A stretch of DNA of 64,000 nt from the human T2T-CHM13v2.0 reference genome, Homo sapiens: NCBI RefSeq assembly GCF_009914755.1, contig NC_060925.1; one strand, written 5' to 3'. This document shows, one piece after another, positions 1 through 15,050 of the stretch. Position numbers and translations under genes: made by a program. Numbering within the stretch: position 1 is the stretch's first letter; each line of letters begins with the position of its first letter. The notes under the pieces were generated by a model that worked only from the letters and a program-made list of their open reading frames with translations, was not told the origin of the DNA and did not search any database.

Positions 1-9
1 TATTTTATG

Positions 10-125
10 TGAGTTATTTTACTTAATCTTCACAACACTCCTAGGAGGAAGGTAGTTTGAATTATGAAATTGTTCCAATTTCATAGATGAGGCACCTAAA
101 GCTCAGACAGGCTCACTTGCCTGGG
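10..125 (-). mobile_element. MIR fragment
   Basis: Degenerate reverse-complement MIR core (tttcatagatgaggcacctaaagctcaga). Confidence 0.6.
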
Positions 126-164
126 GTTTGGTTTTGTTTCTCTTTGTAAAAGGTAAGACTTTTC

Positions 165-287
165 AATTTAGTAGGTCAAAACACGTGATTCTCTCCTTTT
201 CATAAGACTATAAAGTTAGCAACCTCTGGTATCTGGTTAACAGTTCACTTTGTGCAGGTTATTCCAGAGGTAGATAGCATGAGTTTA
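165..287 (+). repeat. Local direct duplication, copy 1 (partner 1783-1904)
   Basis: cataagactataaagttagcaacctctggtatctggttaacagttcactttgtgcaggttattccaga recurs at ~1818 with one mismatch. Confidence 0.95.
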
Positions 288-489
288 TGTCGAAGCCCAG
301 GATTTTGTGCCAAACATCCGTCTCTTTGCAACAGAATTGGAGAATTGTTCCAGAATTCTTTGAATTCTTAATTTGCAGAATTTCATAAAGAGTTCTACAG
401 CTCACTTTTCCTAGGAATAGAGGAGAGCGGCAACTGAAGACAGCAGGCTTTTTCTTTTTAGTATTGATGATGATGATGATGAGCTTTAA

Positions 490-605
490 CACAGCTTATC
501 CAGGTAATCCTCATGTAGTGCTGTGATGTTGATGGTTTTGTTACCCATATTTTAGAGAAGAGGAAACTAGAGACTTAGAGGGTTAAGAGACTTATACACA
601 GCCTA
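490..605 (-). mobile_element. MIR fragment
   Basis: cccatattttagagaagaggaaactagagacttagagggttaag matches the MIR core reverse complement. Confidence 0.65.
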
Positions 606-1109
606 ACTATTCCAAGTGTTTAGGACTAAGTGGACTTTAGTCTTGGTTTTTCCAGCTCCAACTCTGAGGGTTGTTTCCATATTCCCCTGTATTACATGGA
701 TTAACCAGTGTTAGTGACCATCCGGCTAAGAAATTAGCAGTGGCTCTCAGTGGAAAAGAGCTACTTGATTCTAATGATAGTAATAATGAAAACAACTGCC
801 AGCTTCCTGTGCTGTTGGTAGGGCCTCCTGGGTTGGCCCTGTCACATCCCATCATGTCACGGGGCATGTGAGATCACGGGGCTGAAATAACCCTGGGCGA
901 CTGATGTAAAACAGATTGCGTGTGACACCTGCCCTTGGGCTTCCCAGCGTGGCACTTCAGCCCCTCTTGGCTCAGAAAGCATTTAATATACCCACAGAGT
1001 GCTGGGTTCCCCCCCAAAACTTTCTGCAAACTTCCTTGTAACTCTGGAACAGGATCCCAGGCCATGTGGAATCTTGAAAAGGTGATTGACACTGGAGACG
1101 CAAGGTCCT

Positions 1110-1260
1110 GTTGGTTTGGGCTGGTTACTCAATGTCTTTGAGTCTCAGTTTTTCACCTGCAAGTGGGAATAAGGATAGTACTCCGTTCTCTGAGTTGTGA
1201 GGGTTAATTGAGCCAGTGGTGCCAGATCACAGTAGGTACCCAGGCAAAGAGGATTGTTGT
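1110..1260 (+). mobile_element. MIR fragment
   Basis: gagtctcagtttttcacctgcaagtgggaataaggatagta. Confidence 0.6.
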
Positions 1261-1319
1261 AGCTTACTTTCTTCTGGATTACATCATCCTTAATTTTTCT
1301 CTTTCCCTCTCCTCTCAGA

Positions 1320-2155
1320 AGTCATCACAAATTCTGACACTTCTAAATTATGCCTTAAGCCTATCTATATTGTGTCTAGCTACCACCTTAGTCTAAATCA
1401 GCTTCACCTCTAGCCTAGATTACTATACTAGCTTCTTACCTGGTCTTCTGCTTGTACTCCCACTTGACAGAGCATCTAGAGTGATTTTATTAAAATATAA
1501 ACCAGATCATTCATTCGCTTTTGTAAAACTCTTCAGCGGTTTCCAATTGCACTTTGAATCAATCTGTACCCCTTACCCTGCAAACTGCCACCTGCTGTGG
1601 TCCCTGCCCACTTACCCACCTCCACTGGATGCCCCTCGATACCCAGCTCACTGTGCCTCGGTCATGACGACCTTCTTTTTCTTCCTTGGATGCACCAAAA
1701 CCAGGGGGCCTGAGGACCTTTGCATGTGCTGTTTGTCCCCTTTGCCTGGAATGCTATTCTCCAAGATCTTTGCATAGCTGGAAATTTTGTAGCTCTAAAC
1801 ACGGGGTTCTTCCATTTCATAAGACTATAAAGCTAGCAACCTCTGGTATCTGGTTAACAGTTCACTTTGTGCAGGTTATTCCAGATGCAGATAGCATGGG
1901 TTTAGGTTTTCATTTAGAGAACCACCTGACCTCTCCGTAGAAACTCACCACATTCTCTCCCCCAGTGACTTTCTAACACATTACAGTGTTTTAATTTTCT
2001 TCATGTACTCAGCACTACTTGAAGTTTTCTCATGTATTTGTTGACAGTTTATCTCCACCCACTAGAAGGTAACTCTGGCCAGGGTTACAGCACTAGTTCT
2101 AACCAGTGTCTGCTGTATAAGAGGCACTCAGCAAATATTGATTGATTGAATGAAT
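1320..2155 (+). mobile_element. L2 (L2a-like) 3' portion, interrupted by the duplicated segment at 1783-1904
   Basis: L2 motifs cctagattac, gcctggaatgct and terminal ggcactcagcaaatattgattgattgaatgaat. Confidence 0.8.
1783..1904 (+). repeat. Local direct duplication, copy 2 (partner 165-287)
   Basis: Direct alignment to 165-287; sits inside L2 sequence. Confidence 0.95.
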
Positions 2156-2363
2156 ACATTTTTTATTATATATTAAAAATAAGTAGAAATGAATTTTTAA
2201 AAATAAGAGGGAAGTCTTTCAATGTCTATATTCAAGCCGAGGTTTGGGATCCAGTGGCCATGGACAGGCCTGATGGGAAGGGGTGGGTGGAAGAATCACT
2301 CGTCTTCAGAGCATTGCGGTATGGTGAGAGACCATCTCATACAGCCTACTGCCTCCCGATACT

Positions 2364-2645
2364 TTCATTCACTCGTTCAGTTATTTGAAAAGAGCTCACT
2401 GTGTGCTGCTCTATGTGCTGAACTCTGGGCTCATAGCAACTAACCATGAAAGACCTGGCTCTGCCTTTACCGAGCTTAAAGTTTGACAGTGAAGACTGGC
2501 ACTGAGTGCAAGAATTTTCCATTGAAACAAGTATTTAACAAGAGAGCAGCACAGGAGGGCCTGGGAGCATTTTGTAGGAGGCCCTCTTCTGGAGGATCAG
2601 GGAGTCATCTCTAAAGGAGTGACATCTAATCTAAATCTGGAGAAT
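2364..2645 (-). mobile_element. L2 fragment (3' end)
   Basis: ttcattcactcgttcagttatttg...gtgtgctg...ctgcctttaccgagctta is the reverse complement of an L2 3' end. Confidence 0.6.
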
Positions 2646-2787
2646 GCCTGACCCTGTCCACATTTTCTCATCAGCCCTTGAGAACGGTGGAAGGTTTTGC
2701 GGATTGGACCAGCAAAGGGGATGCTTTTTTTTTTTTTTTTTTTTTTTTAAGAAAAAACTTCCTCCACCCAGATGACACCTTTTTCTT

Positions 2788-5347
<2,560 letters not shown>

Positions 5348-5394
5348 TTAAAAAAAAAAAAAAATAGAGTAGCCTCTCTGAACTAGCAGCAGTC

Positions 5395-5535
5395 CTGGGG
5401 GGATGTTGATATCCTCATTTTAGACGAGGAACCTGTGGCTCATGGAAATAAGGTGAATTGTTCATATTCACACCACTAGTAATTGGTGGGTTAGGCCCAT
5501 GTATCCATGACTCAAAGCCCCATCCCTTTTCAGAC
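5395..5535 (-). mobile_element. MIR fragment
   Basis: atcctcattttagacgaggaacctgtggctc. Confidence 0.65.
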
Positions 5536-6419
5536 AACTAGAGGTGTACCCACTCCATTGCAATCATGAGGAATTTAAGTTTCAGGACATTCCATCTTGT
5601 TTCTTTTGTTTCCTCAATGACTAGGCCTGTTCTGGATTTTTAGGAGTTAAAATTTGGCTGATGCTCTTTTCAATCCTAACAAAATGTCTCACTATCCATA
5701 GTCCTTTGCGATCCACTGACAAGTGAGAAACCAAAATGTAAGGGGTTCCCCTTTTTTTTTTTTTTTGCCAGCCAGCCTAATGATTTGGCATGCTGGCAAC
5801 TGCGTGGTTTTGAACCGTGAGGCTGCTCTGAGTACCTGCATCCTTGTCCTCATGGAAGTCACCAAAACCGTTTGTCAAATGGCCAATTCCATCTTATACA
5901 GGGAGTCGGGGAAATGCTCATGAAATTGATCTTGAAGCACTTGGCAATCGCAAGCTCCATAAGAATCCTGGGTAGGAGTAATTAACTTATTTTGGAGGAC
6001 GGATTTACTTAGGAAAGCTCCAACTGCAATGAGGGTGGGCCCTTTTCTTGTTGCTCCTGGCATGTGCTCTTCTCCAAGTAACATTTGCAGCAGTCTGGGT
6101 GGTTTGTCTGCTTAGAGCCATCCAGAAAAGTTGGTGGGAAAAGCCAAGAGGCCATTGGCACTCAGAGACTGGGGTTGGCACCAGTCACAGTGAGAAGCAT
6201 TACTTTTATTAGCAACTTAGTCATTTTACAGCAGGCGTGGCAGAAGTGCCTCCTATGCAGACGCAAGACGCTAATATGGTTATTAGGGTAAGAGGAGCAG
6301 ATATGCCCAGTATCCCACAAAATTCTCAAATTATAAACATAGCACACCTTTCACTAATGTGGTGATAAGACTTAGCTTATATAGGCTTGCATCCTGAAAA
6401 ACCTGCTCTCAGTCTCTCC

Positions 6420-6620
6420 TAGGTCATGGCTGTGGTGTTTGAATCCTAATTCTGCCATTACTAGCTGTGGGACTTTGTCATCACAAGACTAGCTTCCCTG
6501 TTCTCATCTGTAAAATAAGGATGTTAATGGCATCTACCTACTAGAATTGTTTCAAGGAATAAATGGGTTAATACAAATAAAGCTCTTAGAACAGTGCCTG
6601 GCACTTAGTGCTCAGTGAGT
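6420..6620 (+). mobile_element. MIR
   Basis: tttgaatcctaattctgccattactagctgtg...ctcatctgtaaaata...ttagaacagtgcctggcac. Confidence 0.85.
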
Positions 6621-7124
6621 CCTTGGGATAACCCTCTAGAGAGGCCAAGATCTGGGCTGTGCTGCGGACTGCTCTTTACCTTATCCTAACAATGAAAGGA
6701 CACAGTGTGCCCTCTGTCAGGCCCTGTTACAGGCCGAAGCTCATAAAAGTCAGAGGGAGAGGTTTGGAAATTTAACCCAGCTGGGGCATCCCAGATGAAA
6801 AGGATTAGTATTTAAAGAGCCGTTACAGTTTATACTAGCAAACACACAAATAGGCAGATTGACACTTCCTGCCTCAGGGATATGGGGCTTCCACCCTTTC
6901 CAGACTCCACAATCCGCTTTGCTGTGTGTTTTCTCTTTCTTCCCTTTTCTTGTTTAATATAATGTTTGCTTCCTTTGCCCATCAGTAAGCACTGAATATT
7001 GGACATCTATCCTGTAGAGGACTGGGATTGCTGGTGTGATAAGTCATGATTCCTGACCTTGGGGAATTTTGCAATGTTACAAGCAAGCTGGGAAATAGAC
7101 ACGTATGTGTGAGCATGTTTACCC

Positions 7125-7420
7125 TGGCCAAATCCCATTTATTCTTTAAATCCCATCTCAAATATCACCTCCCCTAGGAAGCTTTCCCAGAGTTCTCCTA
7201 GCAGAGTTTCAGTTCTCTCTCTCTCTCTCTCGGTTGCTTTCATAAAACTTTGCCTTTTACCTTATTGGAGATGTGATTGTCTGCTTCTCTGACTCACATA
7301 TTAGATTAGGAGCCCCTTGAGGGCAGAGACCATGGAAAAGCAGCCTAGAGGGATGTTATATAGTTCTTATTTATCTCCATAGCTTCTAGTACTTGGGGAT
7401 GCAGTGTATGCTTATTGGTC
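7125..7420 (+). mobile_element. L2 3' fragment
   Basis: tcaaatatcacctcccctaggaagctttccc...ccttgagggcagagacc. Confidence 0.6.
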
Positions 7421-7509
7421 AAAATGGTAAATAAATGTAAATGGTAAATAATAATAGCTAACACTGAGTACCTCTTGAAAAGCAGTTCTTATTCCTTCTC
7501 TGCTGTAAT

Positions 7510-7725
7510 GATAACTAACATTTACTAAAGGCTTTCTTTTGTTCAGTATGCTTTTTCCTTCAGTAGCTCATGTGATCATCCTGCCTTAGGAGGAAGTATA
7601 ATTAACAGATTATAAATGAAGAGACTAGAGGCACAAGGAGGTTTTGGGTAACTCATGCTAGAATTCAGATCCAGCAATCTGGCCCAGAACCTGGTCTCTT
7701 AACAACTAGATTAATCTGCCTCTCA
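7510..7725 (-). mobile_element. MIR fragment
   Basis: ctaacatttact...aaatgaagagactagaggcac...ccagcaatctggcccagaacc. Confidence 0.6.
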
Positions 7726-7754
7726 CTGTGAGTCTGTAGACAGAGTGTTAGGAC

Positions 7755-7974
7755 TTTTTTTTATTATTATTATTATTTAAGTTCTGGGATACATGTGCAG
7801 AACGTGCAGGTTTGTTACATAAGTATACACATGCCATGGTTGTTTGCTGCACCCATGAACCCGTCATCTACATTAGATATTTCTCCTAATGCTATCCCTC
7901 CTCTAGCCCCCCACCCGCTGACAGGCCCCAGTGTGTGATGTTCCCTTCCCTGAGTCCATGTGTTCTCATTGTTT
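7755..7974 (-). mobile_element. L1PA (about L1PA7) 3' end fragment
   Basis: ttaagttctgggatacatgtgcagaacgtgcaggtttgttac...gtgttctcattgt with T-rich tail. Confidence 0.9.
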
Positions 7975-8784
7975 AATGGGTTCTCCTCTCTCTTACTTTA
8001 AAGGCAGGGATTCCGGCTTATTGGACTCTGCTGTGAACTGACTAAAGTCATTATCTGTTCAACAGTGGTCAGGTTCTTTCTGGTGGGTTTGGGAACCACA
8101 TTTCCTCCCCAGCAACCCAAGTTACAATGAAAGCAAGTCATAGGCTAAATTATTCACAAGTACAAGCATTTATTAGCCAGCAAGCATAAAAATCATCGTA
8201 AATCTCTTTTCTTTAGGCTCCAAGTAATTCCTTCTTTCTGTCCTTGAGCCCCATGAACCATCCTTGCATAAAAAATTCAGGATAAGACAAGCATAATATT
8301 CTGATATCAGGGTTGGCCAGTCTTCCAGCTGCATCAGGTGGTAGACTTACTGGGTGGGACACACAAGACCTTACAGAAGTTTGGACCTAGGTACGACTCC
8401 TCTTGTTCATGCTAGAGTGGAGATGCCCATATGATGTTGTAAGCCAATCATATTTCCTGACCATCGCTCATTTTATGAATGAAAAATTATTTCTAATGCC
8501 CCATATTAACTGATCCTCATTAATGACTCCTCAAATGCAGATTTAGATAGCAATATGTGAAGTGGTTACAGTTTCCTCCTTTATATTCTTACCAACTTCT
8601 ATTCACATGTGTGAATTCCTAATTAGTGTACTTGAAATGTTAATAACTATGGCAGGGATGTAGGTCCCTATTTAGGCTACACAAATGTTAACTATCCATC
8701 CTCAGAGTTAGATTAAATTTAACTTAGAAACACACATGTTCATCTCAATATCAGTACTCAAGAGCTTTAAAGTAAATCACAGAA

Positions 8785-9121
<337 letters not shown>

Positions 9122-9134
9122 TTAGAGGTTGTGT

Positions 9135-9935
9135 AGAACAGTGGAAAGAGGTGTACGTAGCTCTGAGGTCAGACAAAATGGGTTCGAATCCCAGCTTCTC
9201 TGTGGCAGTGGGCCAGTGACCACATCTCAGAACCTCGAGTACAGTAGTCTTCCTTTATCCAAGGTTTTGCTTTCCAGGGTTTCAGTTACCCTCAGTCAAC
9301 TGTGGTCCAAAAATATTAAATGGAAGATTCCAGAAATAAACAACTTCTAGGTTTAAAATTACATGCTGTCCCAAGTAGTATGGTGAAATCTCACGCCTTC
9401 CTGCTTAGTTCTGCCTGGGACCTGCATCCTTCCTTTGTCCTGCGTATCTAAGCTGTCTACAATTTCTAGAGCCTATTAGTCACTTCATAGCCATCTGGGT
9501 TATCAGATAGATCCTCACAGTGTATACTCATCTTGGTATCACAGTGCTTGTGATTGAGTAACTCTTATTTTATTTAATAATGGCCTCAAAGTGCAAGAGT
9601 AGTGATGCTGGCATATTACTATGTTCTGTTTTATTATTAGTTATTATTGTTAATCTCTTACTGTTCCTAATTTATAAATGATACTTTATCACAGGTATGT
9701 GTGTATAGGGGAAAATTGTATATATAGGGTTCTGTACTATACATGATTTCAGGCATCCACTGGGGTCTAGGAACGTACCCCCTTTGGATGAGGGGAAACT
9801 GCTATACTCATATTATGTACTCATAATAATGCCTACCTTACATGCTTGCAGTGAGGATTAAATTAGATAATATTTATAAAGTACCTAGCTCAGGGGCTGG
9901 CACTGAGCCATCGAATACATAAAGCCAGTATTATT
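9135..9935 (+). mobile_element. MIR split by MER44 insertion
   Basis: gggttcgaatcccagc (left half) and gtgaggattaaattagataatatttataaagtacctagc (right half). Confidence 0.75.
9242..9804 (+). mobile_element. MER44B-like TcMar-Tigger MITE
   Basis: Termini cagtagtcttcctttatcc...ggatgaggggaaactgcta, TA flanks, MER44 internal motifs. Confidence 0.85.
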
Positions 9936-10989
9936 AACCTCAGTTACTGGCCTGTAGCAAGATGCTCAATAGACCTGAGGAGAATGAGTGAAGGGGAGGT
10001 TGCCTGGCATGGGAGGAAGAGGTGGAAAAGGTGCAGGGGTGATAGATAGGATTCTTGGCTGGCCTATGGGGGCCCCAGCTGAGTGGGAATGGAGAGGAAG
10101 TGGGTTGATGGAGTCCCATTGTGTGCAGAAAGAGGGGACCTCTGCTTGGGTGGAAAATGAGGAAAAAAGGCAGCACTCAGGTCTCGGCAAGAATAGCCCG
10201 GCCTCCCTTCCTTCAGCCCATCTTCTGAACTAGAAAAAGGCTGTTGGGTGCTGTATGAGAAGTGAGGCCTACCAATGAGAGTCATCATCATGTAAATTCT
10301 CTACCATCCTGGCTTGGTCGGTAGCATTTCTACTGCCCCCAAAGCCAAGGAAGAATGATGCCCCTGATGGTTCTTCCCATTTAGAAGGAACTGCAGTTTA
10401 CACACATTACCTTATCTGATTCTCAGATGTCCTCAAGTGATGTTATCATGATCTATCATTATTTTCCCTGCTTTATAGAAGGGAAAACAGTCCCAGAGGA
10501 GGTAGGTGACTCCTTTAGCCAGTAAGTGACAGAGGCAGGATTTGAACCTGCATCCAGCTGATCCTGTTGCTCTTGCTGTAGAGGAGAGGCAGTGTATGGG
10601 TATTCTCCCAGCTTGCTTGGTATTCATTCCACTGATTTTTACCTGGAGCTTGAAGACTGGAACTGGGTGGTAGAATGGCAGGTGTAGGGCCAGAGCTGGT
10701 AGAGTGGGTGGTGACAGTTCTGAGCCTTCTTTGCCCACCTGTCTGACAGCCCTTTATCTCTGTAATAATTGCCAAGAGTCCTGAAAGATGCCTCTTCCCT
10801 TCCCAGTTGCAAGGCCTGAGATTGAGCCCAGGGATCTTGCCAGCCTTAATTGACTTGTGTTGAAAATTATAAGAACTGACCCTCTTTTTAATTTTCCCTA
10901 AATTAAACACTGTGGAGGGATCAAATGGAAAATGACCAAGAGTCCTGAGAAAGGATTATCCATCTGGCATCTGATGGAACTTGAGAGAC

Positions 10990-11180
10990 AGGGCAGCATA
11001 GTAGTGGTGCCTGCTGCATCTTATAGCTGTGGGACCTTGGCCAAGCTTCTGGACCTTTCACAGTGCGTTTCATTTCCTTATATGTAAAACAGGGTTAATA
11101 ATTCTGGCCTCAGATGGTTGTGACAGTCATTGAGATTCTCCATGTTACTTGCATGGTACTAGGCAGGAGCTTAATCAGTG
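10990..11180 (+). mobile_element. MIR fragment
   Basis: tagctgtgggaccttggccaag...tttccttatatgtaaaacaggg. Confidence 0.65.
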
Positions 11181-11384
11181 TCCCTTTACATCCCCAGAAG
11201 TGGGCTTAAATAGCCCAGTAGGAGTATGAAACCCTCAATCAAATGTCTGGCATATAATAGGTGCTCAATAAGTATTTGCTGAATGAATAAGCATGGTTGC
11301 TTTGCTCTCTTTCGTAAGTTTTCTAACTCCATCGCAGAAGGGTTAAGAGACCATTAAGATCTTGCCATTTCTTGGGCAGAGATA

Positions 11385-11580
11385 CTAACATTTATTGAAC
11401 ACCAACTGCTTTGTACGTTTTATCTAATTGCAACAATTCTGAAAATCTTTACTATGCCTGTAATTTAAATGAAGAAATTAGGGCCTTGAGAGGTTCAATG
11501 AGAAAACCAAGGTCACCCAGCTAATTGGTGAAGTTGGGATCTGTAGGCAGAGCTGTGACTATAAAGCCTGTGTTCCCACC
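11385..11580 (-). mobile_element. MIR fragment
   Basis: ctaacatttattgaacacc...ccaaggtcacccagcta. Confidence 0.65.
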
Positions 11581-12039
11581 AGCAAATGTCATGCAGTGTT
11601 GAACATACACATCCCAGGTGAGACATGCCCTCTGCCTGGACTGAACATACAAGACCCAGAGCAAGTTCCGCACCTTCGTGTCTGGATGTGGGGTCAGTAC
11701 AGCTTCTGCACAATGAGCCACAGTGAATAAGGAAGTACAGAGAAGCAGGGTGAGGGCTGATGGGAGCACCAAGGCTTGGGAGCTGGGCTCTGTCTCAGAT
11801 TTGGCCTCCAGCTAGCTGCTGCTTTGCAGGTGCAGGATTCAGTTTGGGTTGTTGGTGGTGGTGAGGAGGTATGTCAGGGAGAGCAATAAAGCAGTGATAA
11901 ACATCCCTCATGGTAAATCCCCTATGGTGAACATAAGGGATTTGATGATAAGAACGAGGTCAAGATCCTGTAGGTGAACTCCACTGGTATGGACCTGGGT
12001 GGCCGGTATGGAGCAAGAGGCCTTGAGCTTCCCAGTAAG

Positions 12040-12290
12040 GGCCTGGCTCTGAGCTAGACCCCCCTGGTTTGAACCGAGCCATACCAGTCACCCTCTGTGT
12101 GACTTTGGACAAGAGACTTACACTCATTAAGGCTCAGTTTGCTCATCTGTTAGATGGGCATGATGCTGGTGACACCAACCTCATGGACTTGCTGTGTGGA
12201 TCAAAATGGTATCAGACCCATACAATCTTCAGCATAGTACCTGGCTCCTGTAGTAAGCATATAACAAATATTAGGTGCTATCATTGACAC
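12040..12290 (+). mobile_element. MIR
   Basis: ctgtgtgactttggacaag...ctcagtttgctcatctgttagatggg. Confidence 0.75.
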
Positions 12291-13149
12291 AAAGGCCACA
12301 TTTTACCCTCAACTTCATTTATTTCCTAAATGGATCCTGTGGGATGGTTTTGACAGATAAAACTGTTTACCAAATTCTTACCCCGTGACTTGGACTTGCA
12401 AGGACTGCAAGGCGGAATCTAATTTAACACTTATTTAAATTTAACAGAAAGAAAACATTTGGGTTGGCTTTGTCAGGGTTTCCTTTTTTTAAAAAAGTAT
12501 ATTTTACAATTTTGGCTTTTGAGATATCAGGGTCTTGAGGGACAGACAGCTTACGTCTAATGTCTGGGCCTGAGAAGATCCTGTAAGAGACAGGTCTGTG
12601 GGGTCAAATTGGCCTTTCAGACTGAGCCTGCCATAGATTTTCTGAGGATTTAGATGATGTGAAGGGGAGTTAACCCATCCCACATTGTAAATTATTTTTT
12701 CAAAGGAAGGATGAGGGAGCCAAGTAACAATTTATCATGCTTCTTTTACATTTTGACTCTGCAAGAATTTAGCAATCTGCCATCCATCTCCAGCTCTGTT
12801 TGATTTGGGAGAATTTTTTTTTTTTTTTTTTTGGGTAGAGGGGAGAATGATTGTAAACCAAATGTTGAAAAGTAGCCTGTTGGTTTTTTGTTGCAGTGTA
12901 AAATATGGTTCAGTAATTCATTGCCCAACCTCCCTCCCCTGCCAACACCACCACCAAAGAAACAAAAACTAATGTCCCTGCTCCTGGACAGCAAGAGTTA
13001 ATTTTCAGCCTTTGGTTAGGAAAACAGAATGGAGGGAGCTGTATGAACTTTATGCTTATAGCTTAGTTCTGCAAGCCCAGGAGATCATTGGTCAGCATCA
13101 GATGAGCTAAGATGCAGTTCTGCAACTGCTGAGGACCAGGTCCTGTTTA

Positions 13150-13163
13150 CCAGCAGAGGGCAC
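13150..13163 (+). promoter_or_regulatory. Candidate CTCF core motif CCAGCAGAGGGCAC
   Basis: Fits CCASYAGRKGGCRS; binding not demonstrable from sequence. Confidence 0.45.
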
Positions 13164-14243
13164 AGCCTGTGCCAAGGTACAGCTAATGGGAAGTCAGAGA
13201 CAGAGTGAAATGGTCAGGTTAATTGTAGAGGGTGGCACAGATCAGGCCTAGGTGTGCTGAACTAAGTAAAATCAAATTTCTCTAACGGAAACCCCAAAAA
13301 GTTATTAAAACACAACCTCCCTCTAATCATTTACCACATGGTTTTTAAATTCTGTGGGTAGTTTACCAAGAAGGCCTCTTAGGATTATATATAATGTCCA
13401 CATACTTGATTACTGAGAAAGGAAACCAAGACTATATTTAATCACAAACTGTACAGTGTCAGAAAAAGTCCTGCTACCCTGTCTTGTCACTGCCCTGAGT
13501 GGCAGTAATTTATAGCTTGAAACAGCAGCTGGAGCAGGAAGGAGCCTTTAAAGCAGTCACATTTGTTGGTTAACTTTGGTTAACCCAGAGGTCAAAAGCA
13601 GTTTCTGTCTAGCACATTAGATAACTTTTGAAACGTTTGACATATTGCAGGTAGCATTACAGGAACATCCACACTTGTGATAAAAGGAGTTATTTATGAG
13701 GTAGCTGTGGTTTCAAATGTAAAGGAGAAAAAAAAGTCCTGCAAATTATGAAAGCTTTGGTAAAAATCCCAAGTTGGATGTTGCTGGCATTTCTGAGAGG
13801 GTGAAAGGGAGATTAACCAGGAATAAAATGGGAAAGTCCATTTAAGTACACACTGGCATCCCAGTGGCATTACCTGCTGATTGAAAGACCGTTATGGAGA
13901 AAGGATTAATGCCTTCAGCCTTACCATTAGTTGTCTTTTATGTCATGAGTTGCTATGAAGAACTCTACTATTGGTGCTTTCCAGCTGACCTCTTATTGTC
14001 CAGAAATAAGTGAAGAAGATCTATTGGTTCCAAACACATTATCACGGAGCACTTGCAATCTATTCGCTTTCTGCCTTGGTTTATCAAAGCTAAGCAAGGG
14101 GTGCTCTAAAGTGAAAAGGTGGAGACCTTAGATTCAGCTGCTTTCTGAAGTCTCTCCTCTTCTCCCACAGAACAGTCATTGTGGTATTTCATAAAAAATG
14201 CATGCTTTGGGGGGAATAATGACTGTTTTCTAAAACACCCTTA

Positions 14244-14294
14244 CCTTAAATGCTTGAAGGTTTTGCTGGAATGCTAACCTTCCAGCATTTAAGG
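14244..14294. repeat. Inverted repeat / hairpin, 19-bp arms with one mismatch, 13-nt loop
   Basis: ccttaaatgcttgaaggtt (14244-14262) pairs with aaccttccagcatttaagg (14276-14294). Confidence 0.9.
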
Positions 14295-14924
14295 AATATA
14301 TGACTAAGTTAAGAATTATTTTTTAACGCATGTTATGGGAAAGTTGAAGTTAATTGGAGAGAAAGAAATTTAACTTGACACCATTATATTTCTTCTTCCT
14401 TCTTTCCTTCCTTGTCTACATTCAAGTCACACACCACACAATGTAGTGATCTGGGAACTGGCCTTGGAATAACACATCCTGCCGATGCCATTTTTAGCTA
14501 GAGATCTGGGGCAGGTGATGTTACCCTTCTGAGCACTTTCCTTAGCTCCTTGTAAAGTTGCTATCAGGAACAAATGAAGTTCTATGTATAAGAGTCCTCT
14601 GAACATTTGCAAAGTACTGAGCAAATGTACAGTGGTGAATATAAATTCCCTGAGGGCAGGGGCCGTCTCTGATTTAGGCCTCTTCATATTGCCATTACCA
14701 AACACAGGGCCATTTGTTGACTCAATGAGGCAATCAGCCAGTAGACAACTTTATCTCATCAATAGCCCAGTTTTTATTATGTGTCCAGTGTGTTTCCTGT
14801 CTGGAGCTTTGATAGTTTTTAGAGCTAGAAGCCAATGATATGGTTGAGAAACATATCAATTAGGAGATGTCTGATAATTGGCCAAGGAATTGGGCCAAGA
14901 TGTTATTAATTTTCGGCTTCCTTC

Positions 14925-15050
14925 ACTTGACTATAAGCTCCTCCAGGCCAGGGGTCATGTCTCATTCATCTTTCTATCTCTTAGTGACTGAGGTTTAGCA
15001 CAATGCTTTGCACTTCTCAGTGAGCCGGCAGTGCTTCTGGATGGAATGTT
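14925..15050 (+). mobile_element. L2 3' end fragment
   Basis: gactataagctcctccaggccaggggtcatgtctcattcatct. Confidence 0.65.

Noticed and set aside
2725-2787. L1 3' transduction (second poly-T plus ~31 bp of unique sequence beyond the L1 tail)
   Set aside because: The TSD CTTTTTCTT lies immediately next to the L1 tail and no outer TSD includes the T24 tract, so this is more simply flanking target DNA.
10772-10948. 13-bp direct repeat CCAAGAGTCCTGA as a TSD
   Set aside because: No poly(A) or element between the copies; plausible by chance.
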